NCBI GenBank assembly: GCA_001643675.2
Contig: LSRY02000025.1
Span: forward strand, 558,001-622,000
Reading direction: 5' to 3'
From: Monocercomonoides exilis PA203
Taxonomy: Eukaryota > Protista > Preaxostyla
Length of the DNA: 64,000 nt
The notes under the pieces are model-generated. The model worked only from the letters and a program-made list of their open reading frames with translations, ran no database searches and was not told the origin of the DNA. Positions 36,210 to 47,014 of this stretch are shown one piece after another. The position numbers and the translations under genes were made by a program. The number at the start of each line of letters is the position of its first letter. The first letter of the stretch is position 1.

Positions 36210-39200
36210 TCAGTTGCGAGTGTTTTGGCTGCTGATAAATATTATTTCTGAGGAGTCCAAAGGTCCAGACTGCTCCACTTCTGAATTTTCCTGAGACCCT
36301 TCTTGGTAAGTGACTGCATCAGACATGGTGAGGATTACAGCTCCAGCTGGGAATCTCTGGATGAATTCTCGTTTCAGATCGCTCAGTATTGGCCTTGCTC
36401 CTGGCTTCTCGCTCACTGCCAATTTGACCAGCTCACAAAAAGAAGAGTCGCGAACTGCAGCCATATCTGGCCTTTCTCCATTCATAATCTTCTTTCCAGC
36501 CACCTCTGCCTCATACTCCCCAAACGGGATCTGCAGCGTCAGGCACTCCCACAGTATCATCCCGATCGAGAACGAGACTGACTCCTTTGTTGCTCCCATG
36601 TTCTTGTTGATCAGCAGCTCAGGTGCCTTCCATCTCAGACATTCTTTTTTGAAACTATCCTCATCCTCAAACGCAGATGAAGGAAGAGAGTAGCTTTCAT
36701 CACTGGCAGAAGTGACAACAGTTGATGATGTGGATGATGAGTCTGAATCATCAGACAATAAGTCTGAATGCATCACAATGCAGATGACTATGTGTTCTGA
36801 AAACAGAACAATGTGAGGGCTCAGATTTGAAAGTGACTGAAGAGGATTTTCCATTTCATCAAACGAGTGAAGTGCCCCATTCGCCACCCAAAACAGGATC
36901 TGGGCAGCTGTTTGCTCTCTTTGTTGAAGACTCCCAATTGCCATCTCCTTCTTCTCGTTTCTTCCATGCAACAGCATGAACAGAGAATCCCTCAAGTCCA
37001 CAATCAGCTTTTCATGAGGCGAGGAACAGGCCATTGCATCCACCATATTCGACATTGACGAAGTGGTTGGGCACAAATCTTCCCCTCGAACAAATGTTGA
37101 ATCTGAATCAGTTGTTGAAGTGGATGAAATGGATGGAGAAGGAGATCTCATTCTTGTCTCTTCCTCTTCATCCTTCTCCAATGCCCATTCAGGAATCTTG
37201 TCTGAATCTTTCCCCAAGATATATTCAGTGGAGCCACTCTCACTCAACAAATGCTCTGATGACTCAGAATGCTCCATATTCGTATCATATATTCTCTTTT
37301 TTGTCCTCTCCTCATTCTTCTTTTCAACTTCTCTCTCTGCTCTCCTCCACTGCTCCTCCGGTGACATTTCCATCGTCACCATTTCAAATGCCTTCGGATC
37401 TTTTCTGATATTATCATTCACAATCTCTCTCAGATCTTCTGCTTCATTCTTAACCTTTCTCCATCGAACAGCCAGAACAACAGATACAATCAGAACAATC
37501 ACAAGAATAACTGCCATGATTATAACAATTAGCAACAAATAAGATTTTCCTTCATTTCCTCTTTCAACAAGTTTTTCATCTCCTTTTGATCCAGACTCGC
37601 TTCTGTTCTTCAGAATAAATGACTGTGTGGAAGAAGGATTCTCTGCATTTCCAAACAAAATATGAACACTCACTTCCACTTCATTTCCACAACTGCTGAT
37701 AAGATCTTTATCCACACTTCCTTCAACTTCTCTTTCGGATAAAAATCCATTTGAATCAAAACCATAATGTTCAATCTCTTTCTCTTCTCCCTTCCTCTTC
37801 ACAACTGAGAAGGTCAGATTGCATGGAATAAGAAGCATCCCTTTGAATGTCAGCTTCAATCTATCTGTTGATTCTTTTGCTTCCGCACTCTCCAACACAG
37901 GAATGAAAAATGATGAATCCCTCTCTGAAACAATCCCTTCAAAATTGCACCCTTCATTCAACATCCAAAGAGAAGTGTTTCTTTCCCATCCATCTCCTCC
38001 TTTCAAACTCATCACATTCAATGTTCCTGAATCTGAGCAAATGATATTTCTTCTCAGTGATGAGTATCCTTCAATTGATGGATTGTTGTTCACAAACTCT
38101 CCTTTCTCAATTATCACATTTCCTCCACTCAATGATATTCCTCCTTCAGCTGAATTCAAGATTGTTGTGTCTTTCATCATCACAGAACTCTTCGCAGAAT
38201 CAAAAAGAGATCCATTCCATCGGCATATCTCTTTTTCCCAATTCAAATAATTCTCCTTCCTTTCCTCTAAACTTCCTTCAAACACACATGACTCGATCAA
38301 TATCTTGTCTGCTGATGTGATCGATACTTGGCTCCCCTTTTGTGATTCTGATGTGCACTCATGAAACGAGCAGTTGCTCATCTCAAAACCTTTCATGTAC
38401 TGAGTTATGCAAACAATGCAAGACCCACAGTTTGATCGGCTGATGTTCGAGAATGATGATAACGCAAAAGATAAAACGAGTGAAGAGTAGCTGTTTTCAA
38501 ATGAGATAAGACTTCTATCTTGCAGAGAAATGTTTGTGACTGCCAACTTCGAAATGCTCACTTTCTCACTCTTTCCACATTCAATTACTGAACTTGTGAA
38601 TCGGATATTGCACACTGTCAGATCCTCAAATGTTGCTCTTTTCGAATTCAGTACCTGGAATACGGACTTCGAGAATTCCAGACAGCAAACAATGCACTTT
38701 TCTGCCTCAAATATCCCATCCTCAACAACCAATAAAGAAGAATCAAATGATGTTCGCGAATTCTCTGTGGTTCTGCTCTCAGACAGAAATGAAACAGATT
38801 CGAGAATAAGATATCCGTTCAGTTGGTAAATCAAGCTCGAGAAGGCAATATTCTGTATTCCACCAAAAACAAATGAAACTTTCTCAATTCGAACAGACTC
38901 CGAAGTTGTCACCGCCTCTTCATCAGCCAAATCAATTTCATTCACTTTTATCTCAGCATTCCTGCTTGCCTCCATCGACTTGATTGTCACCTTCTGAGCT
39001 AAGCACGAACCAGTTAGTGTTGTTTCATTCCATATCAGCAGTTGTGAATAATCAGATGGGATGATGTGGCTCACCCCAACATTCAGTGATCTGCATGCAC
39101 CCTTCATCTCCCCACAATTCTTGCTGTCGCTGCTGTTCCCCACAATCGATGACACAAATATGAATTCGCTCCTGAACACATACACTCTTCCCAACAGATC

Positions 39201-42200
39201 CTCTTCATCCTCATAATTGTCTGCTGTGCATCCCCATATTGCCAGCTCCTTCACAAACGGCTCACCAAAATTTATCAGGAACTGTGATTCACTTATCTGC
39301 GAGTCAATGTCAGTGCACTTCACAAACACATCTCTCCCCTTCAATGCAGCATTCCCTCGGAATGTGATGTTCGATAGCACAAATGGCAAAGTCTTCTGTG
39401 CAACACTCTGTGATTTCAAAAACAATCCTCCTCCTCTCCCAATGTTCGAACAGAAACACTCTGTCACATTTGTGTGATTCATCTCCAGCCTTCCCTTCTC
39501 ATTGAGAAGGAAAAACATCCCTCCTTCATTCGAGCTTGTTGATCCACACCCATCAATTGTTGAATTATCTATTTTCAGTCTCACTTCATTTGCCACATCA
39601 CAGAAAAGCAGTGAAGGGTTGCTTGACACATTGTGCTTCACATTCGCAAATGTGCATTGTTCAAATAGAATGTTCCACTCTTCTTCTGAATTATCATTCC
39701 CCTTCACAGTAATCACACTTTCACTCATCACAATTGCACTTTTCCCACTCAATGAAATGACTTCAAATGTCACATCGCTCATGGTTGTTACACAATCAGC
39801 TGATATACTCATTATCTCATGCATCGTTGAGAATCCAGCTATTTCTGTATTTTCAATCGAAACAATTCCTTTCAAGGCACTGATCAACACAAATGACACC
39901 TCACCAATCGCATTGCCAATTGTGTGAATTGAACAGCTCACAACACTCGTTTTGACTGAATCTGAACCTGTCTGGATGAGGATGTTTGCAACATTATCAA
40001 ATGCAGTCGGAATCGGCATCCCCACTTCTTTGAATTGAACAACCCCTTTGCACTCAACAATCACATTCACATTCCCTTCAATCTCTTTCACAAATCGGAT
40101 TTTGTCTGGCTCCCCATTTGTTCCTTCCAGACTCATTCCACTCACATTCATTTCACTCCTCACATCACAAACTCCATGAATCATCATCTGCTCGACTGTT
40201 GAACTGCCGATACGATTCATCCCATAATCAACAGATCCACACGGATACTCCAACAGCCCACACACAACCACATTGTTTCCTTCTCGCGCCACATGCACAC
40301 TCGACCCAACCTCTTTCCAGAAATAGATCAGTGGGATTGCACACTCTCTGTTTCTTCCATCATACCCTCTCATCGAATCTTCTGTCAGCGCCTCCAATCT
40401 ATCTTTCACAAATGACAGGGTTTCGTTCTTGATGCTGCTGATAAGCGATGGAGATGAAACAAACAAGTCCTTTCCAAACTTCGCATTGTTTGGTTTGTCA
40501 GATGAAAAAGTTGGAGAGGATATCACAAAATCTGTCTCGCCAGATTCACTCAACAAGCTCAACATTATTCCTCCTCCATATCCAACAACTTCCCCTTCGT
40601 GCAGTGCTGTGCAATAATAAAACTCACACTCGTTCATCAACAGATTCGTATTTGCAGATGCCTCATAAAAGAGTGCACCTCCTCCAATCTCATTTCCTTC
40701 TCCTTCAACAGCACACCCTTCAAATGTGCAGTCATTTATTTCTGTTTTGTAATCGCTTCCATCATGACCATTCATTATGCTGATGCACCCTCCACTTCCC
40801 TTCGAACGAGTAATCGATGAAAATGTGCACTCAGACATCTCTTCAACATTTCCACTGTGGCACTCAACAACACATCCATTATCAAATATGATTTCTCCAA
40901 AATCGCTATTCGTCATATTCAGTGAAGGGCTTGAATTAATACTTCCCTCAACAATGAAAAACGATGAATCTCCTATTTTAATATTCCTTGATCCAAACTC
41001 ACTCACTTCCACAGCCCCTCCAGCAGCCTTCACAAACACTGTTGTTATAGCCTCAGAGCCTCCTTCCATCCCACATTCATTTAGTGTAAGCTTCCCTGAA
41101 TAGCACTCAAACACACTTTCATGAAAGATCAGCGATTGAATCAAAGAAAATACAATGCTGGTCATTGACACAGAAACTGAGTTCTCAATCAATCCACTTT
41201 GCGTTCCCTCTTTCTGATCAGAAACATCACACTTTATGTTTTCCCCTTTTCCTTTGATGCTCCATTCATTCGAAGTCAACGCCAATTCTTCCTCAAAGAC
41301 AAATGGCTCAAGAAGAGCAACATCTTTTTTCTTCCCTTCAAAATGGACCGATGCTGCCTTCTCAATTGTGGAGCATGGAAATGATTCATATCCACACATC
41401 GAAAAATCATGACTTGACGATCCTCCTCCAACAAAGGCACACCCCGAAAAGTTATCCCACAGATACACCACCAGCGGAATGGAAAATGTCTCATTCAGCG
41501 TTGATCTCTCAAATCCATTCATCCCTTTCATATCATTCAAATTAACGTCAAATCCAATCGATGTTCCGTCAATCACACTTGATAGATCAAAAGAGTTAAT
41601 GAAGATTTCTTTCCCTTTTCTCGCATCGCACCCAGGAAATGAAACATCCTTCAAGATGAATGAACTCGCTCCACCATTCAAATGAAGATAAATCCCTCCC
41701 CCATATCCACGCTCTCCACCTGCTGTTTGCGTTGCCTTGCAGCTCACAAGTTGAAATAAGTCGTTTTCATCATTTGAATACATTGAATTCGCTTGGGAAG
41801 CATCCGTCACATTTCCCACAGCGAATCTCGATCCTTCTTTCGCATCAGCCCACAATCCTCCTCCATTTCCTCCATTGCTCTCACACCCGCACATGGTTCC
41901 TCCAACAATTTCAAGAGAACAATCTCTCCCAAGTGTGCATTCAACTGCCCCTCCATTTTTTCCATCTCCTTTGAATCCACTCATCGTGTTGTTTGCCAAT
42001 TTAATAGCCTTCACAGAATTTGTCGAAATTACTCGAATTGATCCTGATGGCAAATCTGTTTGGGAAGATGCTTTCACTGAAAGTGTTGAATCTTTAATCG
42101 AAAAAGATGCTCCATTCGCCATCCCAAACAAAACACTATTTTCTGTCGAGCTCATATCCTCGGCACTCAAAGAAGTGAATGCTCCAGCAGCATTGTTTCC

Positions 42201-45200
42201 GTCAAGGCGAATCAATGGATGATTCCCAATCACCAAGGATGATACAACAAAAGACGAAACAGACATCTCGCCTGCTGTTACAGATAAAAACACAAAAGAC
42301 AAGGCTGATCGAGAATTTTGAAATGTCAGTGAGCAGCTCTTGAGCGAAAATGATTGTGAAGAAGAAGAGAAAAGTATTTCGTGATTTTCGAGTGCAGAAG
42401 GGATTGAGAAAACAAGTGATTTCAAAACAGTATTTGCACTTATTGTTATCATGCTTTCTTTGCTTCCATCAGGATCGTCAATTACCTTCCATCCACTGTT
42501 TCCATCTTTCCCTCGGATTGTGTGTTTGAAGGATTCAAATATCAGCTCATTTTTCAGTTCAATCATCCCGTAGACAACAATCTTCTTTTCCTTTTCTTGC
42601 CTAGTCAAAGAATGTCTTAGAGTTAAACAAGGGACTTCAGAAAATCCACAAAAAAAATAATCAAATGCATCAACATTACTCACAACAATCTCTTCTGGCA
42701 AAGGAATCAAATAAACACACATCGGTATTGGGAATGATACATTCCCATTATCATATCCTTGTATCTTGCTCTTTGTATCGAACGAGGCTGTCAATGAAGT
42801 GATCTTCCCACTTTTTGCTATTGATTCCAAGTTGATCGAGTCAACAAAAATATCACTTCCCCATTTGGCTCTGTTCCCCTCAAATCCTGATGAAATCTGA
42901 AAGTTTGCATTTATATCTCTCACTTTCAGCCCAATCCCTCCTCCTCTTCCTTGGATGGTCGAGGCATAACAGTTCTTCACAACACCTCCATTCATTGTCA
43001 ATGAACCAACATTCCCCATTTCAACCATCATTCCCCCTCCAAACTCAGAGGCTTCACTCCCACAGCCATCAAGTGTGCATCCCTCAAGAGTTATTGAATA
43101 TGACCCTTCACCCACACCCATCAGCGATGATCCTGCTGTTGTCCTCACAATGTTGTTGAATGTGCAGTTATCCAGAGTCAATGTGACAGACGATCCTTGA
43201 GAAAGAGATATCACACTTGTTGTGCTGAATGTTTGTGACCATCTCACATCTTTCATCTTCAAACTTCCCCCTTCCATCTCCACAAGTGAGTTCTGAATGC
43301 TCCTCTCTTCTGAATGAGCAGAGTTCATCGATATGTTCATTCGCTTCACATCCATCAACCCACTTCCCTCAACCTCAAACAGTCTGCATTGCCTGTTGTT
43401 TTCAAACGATGTGTCGTGAACCACAGACAGATCATTCACAGCCAATTTCCCTGTTCCAACACAAAACAGACTCAGTCCATTTGATTCAAACTTTGTTTCA
43501 ATGGCTGAGCCAGCTGGAGAAACTCCATTCACAGTGATTGTTTTCTCCCCAACGTCAACTCCTTTTCCTTCCACAACTGTTCCATTCAACACCTTGATTT
43601 CCTCCACAAACCCCACAATCATTTGGGAAAGGCAATGGCTGATTGTGAGGCATGCATAGCTTTCATTCAATCCACAGCTGAATGTGTTTTTTGCATTTGT
43701 TTGATTTTGAACTGAAGCAACAAATCTGCATCGTCCTCCAGCATTCGGAAGCCATTCACTTTTGTCAGTTCCATTTGCATGATATCTGTTTCCATCGGTA
43801 TTTGTTGAAAAGCATAAAACAAGCTGGTTGGTGGATGAAATTTCATGAATAATAACATCACAACCGCGAGGTGCGCTGTTGTTATGAAAAAAGCAAAACC
43901 ACAAAAGATCGCCATTGAAACCTCCAGTGTTTATGCTTACGCCACCACCAATCCATTCTGAAAGACAATCTTTAAAAACACAGTTTCTGATAACAAATTT
44001 GTCAGACTGAATGGTATCATATGCTCCTCCTCCTCCGTTTATTGAACTATGCGCACTGCAGTTTTTGAATAGACAATTAGAAATGCAATCTTTCGTTTTT
44101 GCACTTTTTGAGTACTGAATTCGAATTCCCCCACCATCATTGCACGACCAGTCATCTTTGAATTGGCAATTCTGAACAAATACTTGAACGGATAATCCTT
44201 CTGCACAAATTCCAGCACCTCCAAAATCTGTTGAAGAGACACAATAGCATTCTTCGAACAAAGAATTTGTTACATTTAATTCGGCAATATTCTGAGCATA
44301 TACACCTCCACCTCTTGTCGATGTCGCATTGCATTTCACAAATGACGAATTCTCGACTGTCAGTGTTGCACTCGAATTGCCATAAACATAAAGTGCTCCT
44401 CCGCATGAAGCATCGCATTCGATCCATTCAGCGTTTTTGAAGTTCTGTGTCTGGGTGGTTGTCAGTCTATCAGTGTTTTTCATTCTCGAATCAACCCTTT
44501 TATTGTGGAGGAATGTGCAATTGTTGCACAAAAATGAACCAGATCCTTCTGTTCCACTCGCAATCCCTCCCTCAAGCACATTCATCGATCTTTTAACATC
44601 ACAATCCTCCATTGAACTCCTCTTCATCAATGTCATTTTTCCAGTTTGCATTGTCTCTGTTTCACAATATTTATTTGTGATATTCGCAAATTTGCAGTTT
44701 TTTATTCCTTCAAAACTTCCTGAACCATCTCTCAGAAAACTGCATCCTCTCCCGCAAAACACATCCTCAAACTCACTATTTCTCACAAACAACGAAGACA
44801 AATCACCCCCTTCCATCTTCACCACACTCCCCATCATTCCACATTCCGGACCATTCCCAATTCCCAAAGTCGTGTTTATCAGACAACATGTCCCTCCATT
44901 CCTCACATAATTCCCATTCCACTCATTGTTTCTCACAAACACGCTCCCTTCAACCTGCAGTAATGATCCTGCTCTTATTTCAATCATCACACAATCTTCT
45001 GGCTTTTCAAGCAACATTCCCTTCAATTCAACTGATGAGTTGTATATTTCGCAGAACGTACGAACAATACTTCCCCTCTCCAAAATACCACTCTTCTCCA
45101 TCCCACGAGCATGGAAAGCATAATATTCATTTCTCAATCTATCGTTTCTGTCTTTGCCACAAATTGTTGACAACAGGCACACAAGAAAAACGAAGGGAAT

Positions 45201-45203
45201 CAT
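36210..45203 (-). CDS. 2997-aa type I membrane protein: signal peptide, Cys-rich parallel beta-helix repeats, TM, degenerate kinase C-lobe
   Basis: Intronless ORF with a hydrophobic N-terminus MIPFVFLVCLLSTICG. It has repeated GG(A/G)(L/I/V)..FxxC motifs and five CGxxxxPC/AC modules. The TM is YLLLIVIIMAVILVIVLIVSVVLAV-RWRK (~37460-37545). Kinase subdomains VIII-XI are present (WKAPEL, SFSIGMILWECLTLQIPF, RP). Confidence 0.92.
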   Translation of the reverse strand: MIPFVFLVCLLSTICGKDRNDRLRNEYYAFHARGMEKSGILERGSIVRTFCEIYNSSVELKGMLLEKPEDCVMIEIRAGSLLQVEGSVFVRNNEWNGNYVRNGGTCCLINTTLGIGNGPECGMMGSVVKMEGGDLSSLFVRNSEFEDVFCGRGCSFLRDGSGSFEGIKNCKFANITNKYCETETMQTGKMTLMKRSSMEDCDVKRSMNVLEGGIASGTEGSGSFLCNNCTFLHNKRVDSRMKNTDRLTTTQTQNFKNAEWIECDASCGGALYVYGNSSATLTVENSSFVKCNATSTRGGGVYAQNIAELNVTNSLFEECYCVSSTDFGGAGICAEGLSVQVFVQNCQFKDDWSCNDGGGIRIQYSKSAKTKDCISNCLFKNCSAHSSINGGGGAYDTIQSDKFVIRNCVFKDCLSEWIGGGVSINTGGFNGDLLWFCFFHNNSAPRGCDVIIHEISSTNQLVLCFSTNTDGNRYHANGTDKSEWLPNAGGRCRFVASVQNQTNAKNTFSCGLNESYACLTISHCLSQMIVGFVEEIKVLNGTVVEGKGVDVGEKTITVNGVSPAGSAIETKFESNGLSLFCVGTGKLAVNDLSVVHDTSFENNRQCRLFEVEGSGLMDVKRMNISMNSAHSEERSIQNSLVEMEGGSLKMKDVRWSQTFSTTSVISLSQGSSVTLTLDNCTFNNIVRTTAGSSLMGVGEGSYSITLEGCTLDGCGSEASEFGGGMMVEMGNVGSLTMNGGVVKNCYASTIQGRGGGIGLKVRDINANFQISSGFEGNRAKWGSDIFVDSINLESIAKSGKITSLTASFDTKSKIQGYDNGNVSFPIPMCVYLIPLPEEIVVSNVDAFDYFFCGFSEVPCLTLRHSLTRQEKEKKIVVYGMIELKNELIFESFKHTIRGKDGNSGWKVIDDPDGSKESMITISANTVLKSLVFSIPSALENHEILFSSSSQSFSLKSCSLTFQNSRSALSFVFLSVTAGEMSVSSFVVSSLVIGNHPLIRLDGNNAAGAFTSLSAEDMSSTENSVLFGMANGASFSIKDSTLSVKASSQTDLPSGSIRVISTNSVKAIKLANNTMSGFKGDGKNGGAVECTLGRDCSLEIVGGTMCGCESNGGNGGGLWADAKEGSRFAVGNVTDASQANSMYSNDENDLFQLVSCKATQTAGGERGYGGGIYLHLNGGASSFILKDVSFPGCDARKGKEIFINSFDLSSVIDGTSIGFDVNLNDMKGMNGFERSTLNETFSIPLVVYLWDNFSGCAFVGGGSSSHDFSMCGYESFPCSTIEKAASVHFEGKKKDVALLEPFVFEEELALTSNEWSIKGKGENIKCDVSDQKEGTQSGLIENSVSVSMTSIVFSLIQSLIFHESVFECYSGKLTLNECGMEGGSEAITTVFVKAAGGAVEVSEFGSRNIKIGDSSFFIVEGSINSSPSLNMTNSDFGEIIFDNGCVVECHSGNVEEMSECTFSSITRSKGSGGCISIMNGHDGSDYKTEINDCTFEGCAVEGEGNEIGGGALFYEASANTNLLMNECEFYYCTALHEGEVVGYGGGIMLSLLSESGETDFVISSPTFSSDKPNNAKFGKDLFVSSPSLISSIKNETLSFVKDRLEALTEDSMRGYDGRNRECAIPLIYFWKEVGSSVHVAREGNNVVVCGLLEYPCGSVDYGMNRIGSSTVEQMMIHGVCDVRSEMNVSGMSLEGTNGEPDKIRFVKEIEGNVNVIVECKGVVQFKEVGMPIPTAFDNVANILIQTGSDSVKTSVVSCSIHTIGNAIGEVSFVLISALKGIVSIENTEIAGFSTMHEIMSISADCVTTMSDVTFEVISLSGKSAIVMSESVITVKGNDNSEEEWNILFEQCTFANVKHNVSSNPSLLFCDVANEVRLKIDNSTIDGCGSTSSNEGGMFFLLNEKGRLEMNHTNVTECFCSNIGRGGGLFLKSQSVAQKTLPFVLSNITFRGNAALKGRDVFVKCTDIDSQISESQFLINFGEPFVKELAIWGCTADNYEDEEDLLGRVYVFRSEFIFVSSIVGNSSDSKNCGEMKGACRSLNVGVSHIIPSDYSQLLIWNETTLTGSCLAQKVTIKSMEASRNAEIKVNEIDLADEEAVTTSESVRIEKVSFVFGGIQNIAFSSLIYQLNGYLILESVSFLSESRTTENSRTSFDSSLLVVEDGIFEAEKCIVCCLEFSKSVFQVLNSKRATFEDLTVCNIRFTSSVIECGKSEKVSISKLAVTNISLQDRSLISFENSYSSLVLSFALSSFSNISRSNCGSCIVCITQYMKGFEMSNCSFHECTSESQKGSQVSITSADKILIESCVFEGSLEERKENYLNWEKEICRWNGSLFDSAKSSVMMKDTTILNSAEGGISLSGGNVIIEKGEFVNNNPSIEGYSSLRRNIICSDSGTLNVMSLKGGDGWERNTSLWMLNEGCNFEGIVSERDSSFFIPVLESAEAKESTDRLKLTFKGMLLIPCNLTFSVVKRKGEEKEIEHYGFDSNGFLSEREVEGSVDKDLISSCGNEVEVSVHILFGNAENPSSTQSFILKNRSESGSKGDEKLVERGNEGKSYLLLIVIIMAVILVIVLIVSVVLAVRWRKVKNEAEDLREIVNDNIRKDPKAFEMVTMEMSPEEQWRRAEREVEKKNEERTKKRIYDTNMEHSESSEHLLSESGSTEYILGKDSDKIPEWALEKDEEEETRMRSPSPSISSTSTTDSDSTFVRGEDLCPTTSSMSNMVDAMACSSPHEKLIVDLRDSLFMLLHGRNEKKEMAIGSLQQREQTAAQILFWVANGALHSFDEMENPLQSLSNLSPHIVLFSEHIVICIVMHSDLLSDDSDSSSTSSTVVTSASDESYSLPSSAFEDEDSFKKECLRWKAPELLINKNMGATKESVSFSIGMILWECLTLQIPFGEYEAEVAGKKIMNGERPDMAAVRDSSFCELVKLAVSEKPGARPILSDLKREFIQRFPAGAVILTMSDAVTYQEGSQENSEVEQSGPLDSSEIIFISSQNTRN

Positions 45204-45393
45204 TGTTTCAATGACGATTATTGGTTCATGATCCCATATTTGTGATTATATCCCATTATCTTTCCATATGTCAAAAAATATTATTTCTTGCTCCACTTCC
45301 ATTTTCTGGCTCAAATTTTCTTCTTTTATTAACATTTTTCGTATTCATTTAATTGCAAATATTAATTCCAAGAAACTGCCATCTTCAAATTAA

Positions 45394-45444
45394 CCCTGGG
45401 TGACGTGAAGAAAAAAATTTGTCACGTTAGTCACCGATTTTTTT

Positions 45445-45479
<35 letters not shown>

Positions 45480-45538
45480 GACGCAGAAAAACATCACTGA
45501 CGGACGTGAAGATAAATTTATCTTCACGTCACACAGGT
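45394..45538. mobile_element. 145-bp MITE with TTAA flanks (piggyBac-like)
   Basis: TTAA at 45390-45393 and 45539-45542. TIRs are CCCTGGGTGACGTGAAGA and the reverse complement ACCTGTGTGACGTGAAGA. There is an internal perfect 28-bp palindrome at 45503-45530. Confidence 0.8.
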
Positions 45539-45545
45539 TTAAAAC

Positions 45546-46264
45546 AAATAAATTTTATTTTTGAAAATTTGACTTTTGATGAATTTTTCTATTTCAACAA
45601 AACGATTCAGTTCATCTTTTATGCATATAACTTATTTTTTCTTTGTTAAAAACTGTTCTGGTTATTATTCATAATCGGCAATTTGCTCTTTCTAGCAGAA
45701 TGAAAATCTGTCATTTTCAAAAAATCACAGTCAACTGGATAACAAAAAAAATATTTTTTTCCAAACTCAAATTCATCCAAGTGGATTTAACACGTGCAAT
45801 AATAAATATGACAGTTATATAAAATTACTTCATTTTTGAAATTAAAAATGATTTTATATTCATTTCAATAATGCAATTAGTTTTCATAACTGATTATTTA
45901 TAATAATCATTTTCATTGAAATTATTACAAAATTGTGTTTTATGAAATGAATATAAAATCATTTTTAATTTCAAAAATGAAGTAATTTTATATAACTGTC
46001 ATATTTATTATTGCATGTGTTAAATCCACTTGGATGAATTTGAGTTTGGAAAAAAATATTTTTTTTGTTATCCAGTTGACTGTGATTTTTTGAAAATGAC
46101 AGATTTTCATTCTGCTAGAAAGAGCAAATTGCCGATTATGAATAATAACCAGAACAGTTTTTAACAAAGAAAAAATAAGTTATATGCATAAAAGATGAAC
46201 TGAATCGTTTTGTTGAAATAGAAAAATTCATCAAAAGTCAAATTTTCAAAAATAAAAATTATTT
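45546..46264. repeat. 719-bp near-perfect palindrome (foldback), 322-bp arms and 75-bp spacer
   Basis: Arms 45546-45867 and 45943-46264 are ungapped reverse complements; I found two mismatches by eye. Confidence 0.95.
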
Positions 46265-46761
46265 ATTTCTTCATAAATGCAGAATAACAAATAAAAATTT
46301 CAATATGATTAGATGTGTAACATACTGATGATTGAATATATGAATGATTAAAATTTTATTTTTTTGAAACGTGTCGAGATATATGAATTTTTAAAAAAAG
46401 TCCGGGTTTTTGAAAAATTCCCGGGTTTCTGAACGATGGGAATGAATTTTGCTTTAAAGGCAAGTTTTCTTTCAAAATATTTTCTTATAAAAAAATTAAA
46501 AAGGAGGAAAAACCTAATCGAAAAGACAACATAATAAAAAGTTGGATTGGATCTTATTTATTTTTTGCAGATGAGATTGATTATTTAATAAGTCAAATAA
46601 ACTTTTGATCAAATCTTGGTGACTGATTTTTTTAAATGAGTTCATAACACCCAGTTTCGATTCAGTCTTTTGTTTTTTCAACTTTATTATCATAACCGTT
46701 GAATGATTCTGTCTTTCCATAGAAGTACATGACGGAACATTGTTTTTATTTATTCCAATGT

Positions 46762-46842
46762 TCTTTCCTTTTTTCTTTCCTTTTCTTTCCTTTTCTTTCC
46801 TTTTCTTTCCTTTTCTTTCCTTTTCTTTCCTTTTCTTTCCTT
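46762..46842. repeat. (TTTTCTTTCC)n decamer tandem repeat
   Basis: About 7-8 copies, seen directly. Confidence 0.9.
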
Positions 46843-47014
46843 TTTTTCTTTTTCTTTCTTTCATTCATTCTTTCTTTTTTTTGAAAAGAAAAGGAACAGC
46901 ATAATAATGACTTAAATAGAAAAAAATTGTCAGAGATAAAAAATTTTCAAAATTTGATTTAAAGATTCAATAAAATATGAAAGTTGTTCTCCTTTTTTAT
47001 AACGATAATCGATG

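Noticed and set aside
46400-46442. CCGGGTTT repeated in a small GC island, a possible transposon end
   Set aside because: No partner or TSD; too short to support a call.
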